Shown here piece by piece: positions 20,001 to 29,501 of a stretch of 64,000 nucleotides of DNA (positions are counted from its first letter, which is position 1; each line of letters starts with the position of its first letter). The notes under the pieces are model-generated. The model did no database searches, was not told the DNA's origin, and saw only the letters and a program-made list of their open reading frames with translations. The stretch is from Eutreptiella sp. 'Long Island Sound 2002' (Eukaryota > Protista > Euglenida), in assembly GCA_964036045.1 (NCBI GenBank), contig OZ038378.1, forward strand, positions 196,664,001-196,728,000, written 5' to 3'. Made by a program: the position numbers and the translations under genes.

Positions 20001-22420
20001 CGCGTGGCCTGTGTGACTCCCAGGTGGACTGTGGTGTCTTCCAGGTGTAGGGGTTCGCCTTTCCGGATGTGCGGGGTGGGGGTCCTGGCGTCGGCCAGCC
20101 CGACCGATTTGCGGGGGTGCACTAGGAGCTGGTGGGCGTCCAGGTAGGCTGTGGTGAGTTGGAGAATGGCGGACGCTTGCTCGGTGGTCGTTGGTAGCCC
20201 TGCGTTCTCAGGGTCGCGTGGCGGGTGGCCGTAGTTAGGAGGTTGTCGTCCGCGAAGGTGATGAGGGGGCACCGTAGCGGGTATGGGGCGTACCCCGGGT
20301 ATACCCGTGCTAGCTCGAATGCCAGTGGTAGGGTGACGAGGAGGTAGAGGAAGGGGCCTTCGGCGCCTCCCTGGGGGACCCCGCTCTCTGTGCCGGTCCA
20401 GGGGGTGAGGCCTGCGGCTGTGATGACGGCGTAGAGTCGGGTCTGGATGTACCCGGTCATGAAGGATAGGAATGGGAGGCCCATGGCATCCCATACCTCC
20501 GTGAGGAGCCGGTGTGGGGCGTGGGGGAACGCGCCTTGGACATCGAGGGAGGCGATAATCATCTCGTAGGGGTTCATGTCCAGTGCGGTGTCCTGGAGGA
20601 AGATGGCCTCGTCGGGGGACCTGCCGGCCATGGCTCCCCACATGCTGGCGGGCACGCGGGCGAAGACCGCCGGCGCGATGCGGCCTAGGATGAGCGTCCA
20701 CACCAGCTTGACCTCGGTGGTGGCGCAGACTATGGCGCTTCCCCGGCTGCGCCCAGTCCCCCTTTTTGTAGAGGGGGTGGACCAGGTTGGCCCACTCAGG
20801 GGGGATTGGCGTGGTGCCCGTGACGATGTCCCACAGGCGGGCTGCCAGGCGGCGTTTGACGGGCAGGGTGAGGCGTTGGTACGCTTCGGCCGGCAAACCG
20901 TCGACGCCGGGCACGACCCCCTTCTTCAGGCGGTCTAGGGCGCGTTGCAGTTCTGAGATGCTGAAGGGGTCGTGTTCGATGGCGCGCCGCTGTTCCCGGT
21001 TGAAGACCCTGGGCACATGCACGCGGATGGTGTTTCTGGTGTGGGGGTCGAGCTCGGGGAGGGCGTCCCCGTGTTGTGCCTGGAGGCTGTCCAGGACTGC
21101 CTGGAGGACGGCGTCGGGGTCACTGGTGAGGCCTCCCTCGGGGGTGCGCACCGCGTGGATGGTACGGCGCCCCGTGTCCTCCAGGATGCGGCTGACGTAC
21201 CGCAGGGACTTGTACGGCGTGTCGTTTCTGCCGTATCTTTCGCGTTCCTGGGCTGCGGCCGCTATGCGGTGGGTGTGCCATTCCTGGAGTTGGTGGCAGC
21301 GGGTGTTGAGGAGCGCACGGAGGTGGGCGTCCCGGTCTCGTGCCTCCGGTGTGCTGCGGCGTAGCAGGGTGGCGAGTTCCTCTTTCGTGGTCCAGATGTC
21401 ATGGAGGAGTTGTTGGAGGGTGAGGTCCGGTGGTGCTCCCGCGTGGCTGGTGTCACGCTCCATGCCGCATGCTTGTGCCGCCCGGCGCATGGCGGTGGTG
21501 AGTGTCGGTGCATCCAGGCGGCGCAGGATGGCGTGTAGGGCCCTGTTATACCTGTGCCAGGCGCCGTGGTCGTCCTCGGTCAGGAACTGCAGTGTGGGTG
21601 GGAGGGTGTCGTCTGGCAGGATGGCCGCGGGTGGGGGTAGGTTGGGGATGATGAGGTCGATGTAGAGGGGTCGGTGGCCCGTGGCTGTGGGCGGGAGGTC
21701 CCGGTAGGCTGCTTCGTGGACGCGCACCGTGGTTGGGTCCCCGTAGCATGTGTCGATGCGGGATGGGTGGGTGCCGGCTTGGTGGGGGTAATGGGAGGGT
21801 GTGCCGGTGAGTCCTGCGGTGAGGTCGGTGAGGCCCAGTTGGTGCATGGCGTCCCGGACAGCTATGTTGGTGGCTGTGGGTGGGCCGGTGCGGTCGTCGT
21901 CGGTGGGGGCGGCGTTTAGGTCGCCTATGATGATGGTGGGTGCCAGGAGGGAGAGTCGGCGGTACGCCAGGCTCAGGGTGTCCAGGAAATCCTTGGTCTC
22001 CTCCCCGAATGGGACGTGCGTGAGTAGCACGTTAGCTGCCATCCGGGCCCCACGCACTCGTACGCTCCGAGGCGACCATCCACTCCGAGGTCGGGGTGGG
22101 CATGCACCGTGACCGACGTCTTGTGGTAGAGGCACACCCCCCGTTGCCAGTGGGCGTAATATTTGTTCCCCTCCGGGTCCAGGATGGGTGCTGGTTCGGG
22201 TTGGTCCGCTCTGCGGAGGGCTTGCTCCAGGAACCCCAGGAGGTCTGCGCCTTGGGGGTGTGGCCCGGGCATGGCTTGCAGTGTGGCGGCCTTGGTGGGG
22301 TCGTAGGTGACCGCAGGGTCGTTGAGGATGTTGATGCGGGCGTGGGCTTCTGCAGGTGCCTGTTTTTGGGGACCGGTAGTTGGGGGGGCGGGCCGTGTCC
22401 GGCCCTGGCCCCGTCAGGCG
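17097..22420 (-). pseudogene. LINE ORF2-like polyprotein (APE ~21680-22050, RT ~20150-20950, RNase H ~17830-18330, CCHC ~17430-17505), frameshifted
   Basis: The domains are spread over ORFs 21973..22272, 18773..22483, 20122..20703, 17592..18710 and 17097..17453 on the minus strand, in canonical order. The frame ends at TGA 17099-17097. Confidence 0.85.
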
Positions 22421-22451
22421 TCGAGGAGGTCGATGACGCCCTGAGCTGCGG

Positions 22452-22908
22452 GCCCGGCCAGGCTGCATCGGGGACCATGGCAAACGTCACCCAGAGCCAT
22501 GGAAGCAATCGGTGACAGGCGAGCGGGTACACAGTCCAGGAGGGGGTCGCCTGCCAAGCAGAGTGGCCCCGCAACTCAAGCCACAAGGGTGAGGCGGTCG
22601 TACCGTAGACTAGCGGGAGCAATACCCCTTGTGGTGAGAGATACTCCACACGGCTGGGCAGCCCCCAGAGCTGCCGCTCAAAGGAGGGGGCATGTGGCCC
22701 TACCCATGGACACATGTGGGGACACCCTCCCACCCGGGACACCTGGACCGGGTGGCCGCGACACTGCCTTCCCAAGCACCTGCGGGAGCGGCCTAAGAGG
22801 CACCGGAACTAGGGCAGTGGGAGGGTCAGGACGTCCCCTTGGTAAGACCTTCTTCCTGCAATGTCCAAGGAGGCATCCCGAGCTCCCGAAGATACCTACC
22901 TACCTACC
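22452..22908 (+). mobile_element. ~460-bp copy of the X/Y-family 3' terminus ending in (TACC)4, fused head-to-head to the 5' end of X
   Basis: Direct repeat of 27385-27841, including the tail gatacctacctacctacc (22891-22908). It is the inverted complement of 10632-11000. No spacer DNA lies between it and the sequence leading into APE. Confidence 0.85.
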
Positions 22909-23274
22909 TCTTCAATCTCAAAGGTGCTGCGATGTCAGTGGGTTCTTGTCTGGTGGTCTAATTGCAAACCTGCAATTTGGACACTCACCACAAAATCTGT
23001 AGAACATGGAATGAAAAGATTGCAATACTATTCTACATCCCGTCACACCTGCACCTTCTGTCCTCTCCTCAATTAGTGGTCGTCATTGACTGCGACTGTG
23101 CTCTACTCTACATCGTGTGCGCCTGTGACTGTCACTGTCACCTCGCACTCCACTGCGCACTCTACAAATTATATGCGTGCTCCAGTGTACTCTACAAGCG
23201 CTCTACCTGGCAAATTTATATTACCCGAGTGGCACATTGCCTTTAACATTTCACATATGCCCAAACCCATTGCA
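22909..23274 (-). repeat. 3' LTR of Z (last 5 nt displaced by the (TACC)n insertion)
   Basis: Matches 29136-29501 with scattered substitutions. TATAAA-like motif near 23215-23220 on the minus strand. PPT immediately upstream. Confidence 0.75.
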
Positions 23275-23925
23275 CTCCCCTCCGAAGACCGAACATGGGT
23301 GTTCAGCCATGTTTGGGATGAAAAAACTACGAATATGGGATTGGGTATGTTTAAATGTGAGCTGCCCCATGGTGCTCAGGGGGAAAAAAGGAAAAAACCC
23401 CATCAGCATATAAACTAGCCAACACGTGGCTAACAGCGCCCCTGCTGCTCCTGGGGCGTCTTACACCCTTGCAGATACCTGCAATGGGCAGGGTGATCCG
23501 CACTGCAGTGGTACAATGCAAAAACAAAACCCTGACATACTGCACAATGCACAAAAACACAGGAACAAAACTGTCAACGTGTAATTATAAATGTGCAACG
23601 CTTATATATCAGCGCACAAAAAACACGTGCTGCTCTCAGCAACTGTCTGAGCACCTCGCTGCATTCGCTTATGTTGCTTGTCCAAATAAAATTTTAATTA
23701 GTTGTCGCAAAGCCCTTTCCAGCTGTACCTTCCTGCCGCCTTGTTGACCACGCCTGGATCGCTTCTGGGCATCGTCTAGGTTTCTGCTTCAACTCCGTGG
23801 GCTCGCGGCCTCGCCAGGCGAGTCCCTACTCAAACTGTCCAATGAGGATCTTAAGTTGCGTGTGTCACGTCGCACCTCCTTGCGTGGACGCAACCTCCGT
23901 TCTCCTTCGTCTTCACTCCCACCAA

Positions 23926-24067
23926 TCCTCTGAGACCCATGGTAGTCGTCCTGGTGACGCCTTCGCTGACGTTCTCGGAACCTTTGCCATTTGTCTTCCT
24001 CTCCGGCGCTGCGACTCCTCACCTGGGGTCTCGGACTACCTGTTTCCTCCTTTGTGTTGTGCTCGGC
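23926..24067 (+). repeat. Left copy of the 142-bp target-site duplication flanking Y
   Basis: tcctctgagacccatgg...ttgtgctcggc is repeated at 27842-27983; I count 5 mismatches. Confidence 0.9.
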
Positions 24068-27000
24068 ACCAACTCCCTCCTCCCCGCCGACTACGCCCCC
24101 CCCCCCACACAACCCAGGCCTCGACACGTACGCCAGGGGGGACGACCCGGACGACCCCCACATCTGGGGCACATGGGAACGCAAATCCCTGGACACGCTG
24201 CTCTCCATCCGCAGCGGCAGCCAGGGCCTTGGTAGGGCGATGTATTGCCTCGCCAAGTGGACCCAACGGACCTGGGGGATCCCCACGGACCGGTGGCTGT
24301 GGGTGGTCACGCTGCGCCCCCAGCAGAGGGAAGGCCCCCCAAACCGCAGGGGACCCACCCCCCCACGCCCCACCACCCTACAGCTCTGCCCGTACATGGT
24401 GGCAGCCCGCCTCATGGCGCTGCTGTGGCCGGGCCCGAACACCCCCCCCCAAAACTACCCCCACCTCACAGATGAGGACATGCCCGGCATCCAGCGATGC
24501 TTCTTCCGCACCCTCGACTACCTCCAGCAAACACACCCGCACGACCTGGAGCACTTATGGCCACCCCCCGGGTAACCCACGTGCCCGCGCAGCCGAGACA
24601 ACGCCGCCACACCAGCACCAGCACGCACGGGTCACCAGGGAAAACGCGCGCACACGCCCGGTGCCCGAACCCGCACCCTCGTTCTCGCTACTTGCAGGAC
24701 CCAGCATCCTACGCCCGCCCCCGAAGCCCAGGGCCCTCCTCTGTCTCCCACAGCCCTCTCCTCCGCCTCCGACTCCACAACCTCCACCACGACGACTACC
24801 TCATCCACCACCACCACCACGTCCTCATCCAGCACTCCACCCCCCAGGCCGCGGGGCACACCTCCCAAACGGGCCCCCAAACCCGCCCCCACCGCGAGCA
24901 ACCCCGCCGCCGCCAAGGCCCACGCCCCGACGAGGCCCACACCCGCGACCCAGCCAAAACCCAAGACCGCCGCCAAACAGCCACCCGAACCCGTCAGCGC
25001 GCCACGACCGCAACCCGCAGCCAAGCCCAAACCCAAGTCCAAACCCGGCGCCACGACAGCAGCGCGAGCCCGACCCCCTGAGGACGTCCTCTATGACATT
25101 AGGCCCAAGCCGTCCCAGGCCCGGAGGCAGCAGCGCCCAGCACGGCGCCCCCCCACCGTCACCGACGCCGCCGCCACCACCTTCATAGCGGAGCGCGCCG
25201 CGGCCGAAGCACAACGCACCTCGTCCCGCCAGCTCTCAAAGCCCGCACCCCAGGCCCACGGACCGCCCCCGACCAGGCCAGAACGACGCCAGGGTCCGCC
25301 AGCAGCGTCCCCGCCCCCCTACCAACCCTCGATGACAGCCCACATACAGCGCATGCCCCGCTACCGCCGCCGCCGCGAGTCCCCACCCAACCCCGAGGCG
25401 GAGACCGTGCGCGCGCACCCGCGGGTCCACATCCGCTCGCGCCCCCACTCCCCGCGCACCCCCACGTTACAGGACTACGAGGAATCCCCCGGGCCCGCCA
25501 CCGCCACCGGTCCCCACGACCCCGTCACACCCACCCACGCCCACTCCTCCGCCCAAGACCGCGGCCCCGCCCAGGGACAGTGGTGGCAGCGCTGGACCCA
25601 CACGCAGCTCTGGGAGCTGCGAAAGTGGGCCCGGGGAGAGCCCTCCCTCGAGGGCCTGGTCCACCGGCCCCGCAAGGGGTCGGTGGAGAACTGCCGCCTC
25701 CGGCCGGCGGGGGGGTGGATGCCGCAGGCCGCATGGGAAGCCATGCTGGCCGATGCGCTCCACCCCCTGGGAGTCCACCCCCGCAACCTCCCCGCGCCCC
25801 AGGACAACCCGTATGTCCTCAGGCGCCTGCGGGAGACCCTCCAGGAGACACAGCGAGACGGCATCCGCCTGTGGGACATCACCCAAAGCCCAGCCCCGCA
25901 CACGCACACCCCCTCACCACCCCACAAGCGTCGGCGCACCGACACTGGCGGCACCCACAGCACCCCAGGAGCCCTGCGCACCACACAACACGATGCGCCT
26001 GACCCCCCGGCCAGCGGCGCCGCCACCTAACCCCGTTGCCCAGCAAACCACCACCACGGGGCGCCACGCCAGGCCCCGCCCAGAAGTCACCAAACAAACC
26101 GGACGCCGAAGGACGCCAACGCACACGACAACGGGCACCACTACGCCCAAAGGCACCGAACCCAGGCCCGCTACCGTCGCAACCGCCTAACCGAGCCCAA
26201 ACCCAAACACAAATCAAACCCGAGCCACACCCCGAAACCGCTAACCCTTGACTCCTAACCAGGCCCGCCGAGGGAACAACGTAACCACAGCCCACACCCA
26301 CAGCCCACACAGCCGCCTAACCAGCCAGCTCCAGAAGCAAAGAGACACCTAACCAAACCCACCCTAGCCCATGCCCGTGTACATCAGGACGCGCGAGCCG
26401 CACCCCTGGGGCGCGACCGCCGCCACAGCACCGACAACACACGCCAGAGGACACAACACTATTGCACCGCCGCACCAGATGCCCGTGCCTGTGCCTGCAG
26501 TGTACGCGCGCGCGCCCCTGTTTTTCTTTTTTTTCCATCAAAAAAAAAACGAAAATTAGGGGGGGAGGAAGAGGGACACAACCACCAATGGCACACGTGC
26601 ACCGCACACAGCGCGCACACCGGTGAACGGGCGCCACGAGGGCCAGGACACCGCACACGCGCGTGCACCGAGGGCAACAAAGGGACGAGACACCATGGCC
26701 TGGCACACCGGTGAACAAGAGCCAAGAGGCCCGGGACACCGCGCACGCAACACAACACACCGGGCGAACGCACCGGTGAAAAGGAGCCAAGTGGCCCTGG
26801 ACGGCGCACACGCAACACAACACACGGAGCGGACACACCGGTGAGCGGGGGCCAAGGGGCCCAGGACGCCACACACGCAACACAACACACCGAGCGGACA
26901 CACCGGTGAACAGGAGCCAAGTGGCCCAGGACACCGCACACGCAACACAAGACACCGAGCGGGCACACCGGTGAACAGGAGCCAAGTGGCCCAGGACACC

Positions 27001-27841
27001 GCAGACGCAACACAACAAACCGCGCAGGCACACCGGTGAACAGGAGCCAAGTGGCCCGGGACACCGCACACGCAACACGACACACCCAGCGGGCGCACCG
27101 GTGAACGGGAGCCAATTGGCCCAGGACACTGCACACACAACACAGCACACCGAGCGAGCACACCGGTGAACAGGAGCCAAGTGGCCCAGGACACCGCAGA
27201 CGCAACACAGCAAACCGCGCGGGCACGCCGCCGAACAGGAGCCAAGCGGCCCAGGACACTGCACACACGTAGGGCGGCCGAGGGACACGAAAGAACCAAC
27301 ACCCCATGGGTCGGACGCACTGGGGCAACCCAGCCGACCCACCGGGCCAGTGGCAGGAGTGGTACTCCAAGGCCACTGGTCCGAGCCCGGCCAGGCTGCA
27401 TCGGGGACCATGGCAAACGTCACCCGGAGCCATGGAAGCAACCGGTGACAGGAGAGCCGGTACACAGTCCAGGAGGGGGTCGCCTGCCAAGCAGAGTGGC
27501 CCCGCAACTCAAGCCACAAGGGTGAGGCGGTCGTACCGTAGACTAGTGGGAGCAATACCCCTTGTGGTGAGAGATACTCCACACGGCTGGGCAGCCCCCA
27601 GAGCTGCCGCCCAAAACAGGGGGCATGTGGCCCTACCCATGGACACATGTGGGGACACCCTCCCACCCGGGACACATGGACCGGGTGGCCGCGACAATGC
27701 CTTCCCAAGCACATGCGGGAGCGGCTCAAGAGGCACCTGACGTAGGGCAGTGGGAGGGACAGGACGTCCCCTTGGTAAGACCTTCTTCCTGCAATGTCAA
27801 AGGAGGCATCCCGAGTTCCCGAAGATACCTACCTACCTACC
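24064..27841 (+). mobile_element. 5'-truncated copy Y of the X-family LINE (3' 3.8 kb), ending in (TACC)4
   Basis: Reverse complement of 10632-14388 at high identity, plus ~90 bp of extra terminus and a tail at 27826-27841. Flanked by 142-bp direct repeats, with cggc microhomology at the 5' junction. Confidence 0.92.
26605..27270. repeat. 65-bp minisatellite in Y (inverted relative to 11120-11850)
   Basis: Unit caccggtgaacaggagccaagtggcccaggacaccgcacacgcaacac..., about 10 copies. Confidence 0.9.
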
Positions 27842-27983
27842 TCCTCTGAGACCCATGGTAGTCGTTCTGGTGACGCCTTCGCTGACGTTCTCGGAACCTT
27901 TGCCATTTGTCTTCCTCTCCGGCGCTGCGACTCCTCACCTGGTATCTCGGACTACCTGTTTCCTCCTTTGCATTGTGCTCGGC
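27842..27983 (+). repeat. Right copy of the 142-bp target-site duplication flanking Y
   Basis: Starts immediately after the (TACC)4 tail and matches 23926-24067. Confidence 0.9.
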
Positions 27984-28868
27984 GCATTTGTGAGCCCTTG
28001 GCGTCGCATCCTCCCTTGCACTGGGCCTTTGTTCGCTGATGTGTTCGGGTGCGTTGACTTAGCTGTCACTGCAAACAGGGCCAAAGGATGATGTGCGAGA
28101 CAGCCGACCTGTTCTCTGCCCCAACAGAGGCGGCTCGACCGCCTAAGATGTCGCACATAGTTGTATGTCCTCCAAACTCCTCTGCAACAAAGGTGATACC
28201 TCACATTTTCTTGAAAGCTCCTGCAGCCGGCTTTTCCCCAGATGTAGCGGTCTCCAAATCCCACGTTAATCCTTGAGCAAGCGACGCACTTCACGGCGAT
28301 GCCGTTCCCATTCGGCAGTCGCCTCGCAATACCTCTCAGTAATTTTTTTGGTTATCTCCACGAGCCCGTGCAATCTCTGATTCACGCTGTCAGTTGCGGC
28401 CCTCAGCCTCACTTTTTGATCTTCATGCTGCTGCTGCTCGGCGAGCTTTGTAGCCTTTTCAACATTTACCTGTACACGTTCGCGAACAACCTGTCATCTC
28501 AGTTGAACACCCAGCTCGATATGCGAACCCTGTAGCAGCTCCAATAAATCCTGCCCCTCCTGGCAAAGAATCACAGACCTATCTCCTATCTCACGATCCT
28601 CCAAAATCTCCAAGACACATTGAAACTGGGTCTCCAGGCGCTTTTCGGCGATTCTCCTGCTGCGCTCATTGTCGCCCTTGTCAGTGATACTCCTGTAGCG
28701 ATGATTGAGGCTCCCGTCGGCGATACTCTTGCTGAGCACACATTCGCACGCAGGTTCTTCACTGTAAAAGCGACGCCGGCTTGGTGCCCTGGACCCAGAC
28801 CTCGCGTGGCTGAGCTCTCTGTTGTTCGACCGTGAGCGGCTTGAACGCGACAAGGTTTCTCTTGGCAT
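27984..28868 (-). pseudogene. Degenerate coiled-coil ORF of Z (gag-like by position only); continues at 23925-23750 across the Y insertion
   Basis: MPRETLSRSSRSRS...IAEKRLETQFQCVLEIL...LR*QVVRERVQVNVEKATKLAEQQQHEDQKVRLRAATDSVNQRL...LLKD*, with in-frame stops and no CCHC seen. Confidence 0.45.
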
Positions 28869-29130
28869 ATTGCACTAACACTTCACTCCCCAGGGCAATT
28901 AGTAACACCCTCCGTGGACTGTACGCAACGGTAAGCAATTAGACCGAAATTGCTCTGCAATTTTGGTCTGTAAAACCTGCAATTTCACGTAATCTCACCA
29001 CTAACTTTATTATCTCCACCTGATTTCTTGACCAAATCCTTGCTGAGCACGTGAGAATCCAAATTTTACAATCCACGAAGTGACAACCCAATATCCCAGC
29101 ACGTATACTAAATCCAGTGAGTATTCTCGA

Positions 29131-29501
29131 TGTAGTCTTCAATCTCAAAGGTGCTGCGATGTCAGTGGGTTCTTGTCTGGTGGTCTAATTGCAAACCTGC
29201 AATTTGGACACTCACCACAAAATCTGTAGAACATGGAATGAAAAGATTGCAATACTATTCTACATCCCGTCACACCTGCACCTTCTGTCCTCTCCTTAAT
29301 CAGTGGTCGTCATTGACTGCAACTGTGCTCTATTCTACATCGCCTGCGCCTGTGACTGTCACTGTTACCTCGCACTCCACTGCGCACTCTACAACTTATA
29401 TGCGTGCTCCAGTGCACTCTACAAGCGCTCTGCCTGGCAAATTTATATTACCCGAGTGGCACATTGCCTTCAACATTTCACATATGCCCAAACCCATTGC
29501 A
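29131..29501 (-). repeat. 5' LTR of Z
   Basis: TGCA...TACA termini on the minus strand; direct repeat of 22909-23274. No canonical tRNA PBS was recognised. Confidence 0.7.

Larger units (their letters stand above)
10431..22451 (-). mobile_element. Non-LTR retrotransposon X (APE-RT-RNase H-zinc finger, then a second degenerate ORF and a minisatellite); left end interrupted by E1
   Basis: APE (IIIGDLNA, HPSRIDTCY); RT (PGVDG, SLDVQGAF, GVPQGG, FADD); RNase H (IYFTDAS, HGEL, HRYAYGNGRAD); C-terminal KCICGHAEEETWDHFKVC. Bases 10632-14388 recur inverted at 24064-27753. Confidence 0.88.
22909..29501 (-). mobile_element. LTR element Z lacking pol (LTR - degenerate coiled-coil/gag-like ORF - PPT - LTR), interrupted by Y
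   Basis: 366-bp direct repeats at 22909-23274 and 29136-29501 begin TGCAATG on the minus strand. The purine tract GGAGGGGAG directly precedes the 3' LTR (23275-23283). The 5' LTR can extend to ...CTACA at 29131. The internal part minus Y and its TSD is only ~1.9 kb and has no PR, RT or IN motifs. Confidence 0.75.

Noticed and set aside
12100-22800. Dozens of Gly/Val/Trp-rich plus-strand ORFs and Pro/His/Thr-rich alternative-frame ORFs
   Set aside because: They are shadow frames of a GC-rich, strand-biased LINE. Recognisable domains occur only in specific minus-strand frames.
22452-22908. Hammerhead or HDV-like ribozyme in the terminal repeat
   Set aside because: No CUGANGA/GAAA hammerhead core was found in the repeat, and I could not establish an HDV fold by eye. 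An Infernal/RNAbob search would be needed.
22893-22908. (TAGG)n/(CCTA)n tail as telomeric repeat
   Set aside because: It is only four units, differs from TTAGGG, is internal, and sits at LINE 3' ends.
29151-29500. N-terminal part of ORF 29151..30317 as coding sequence fused to dUTPase
   Set aside because: It is the antisense of Z's LTR (repeated at 22909-23274); the frame is open into E2 by chance.
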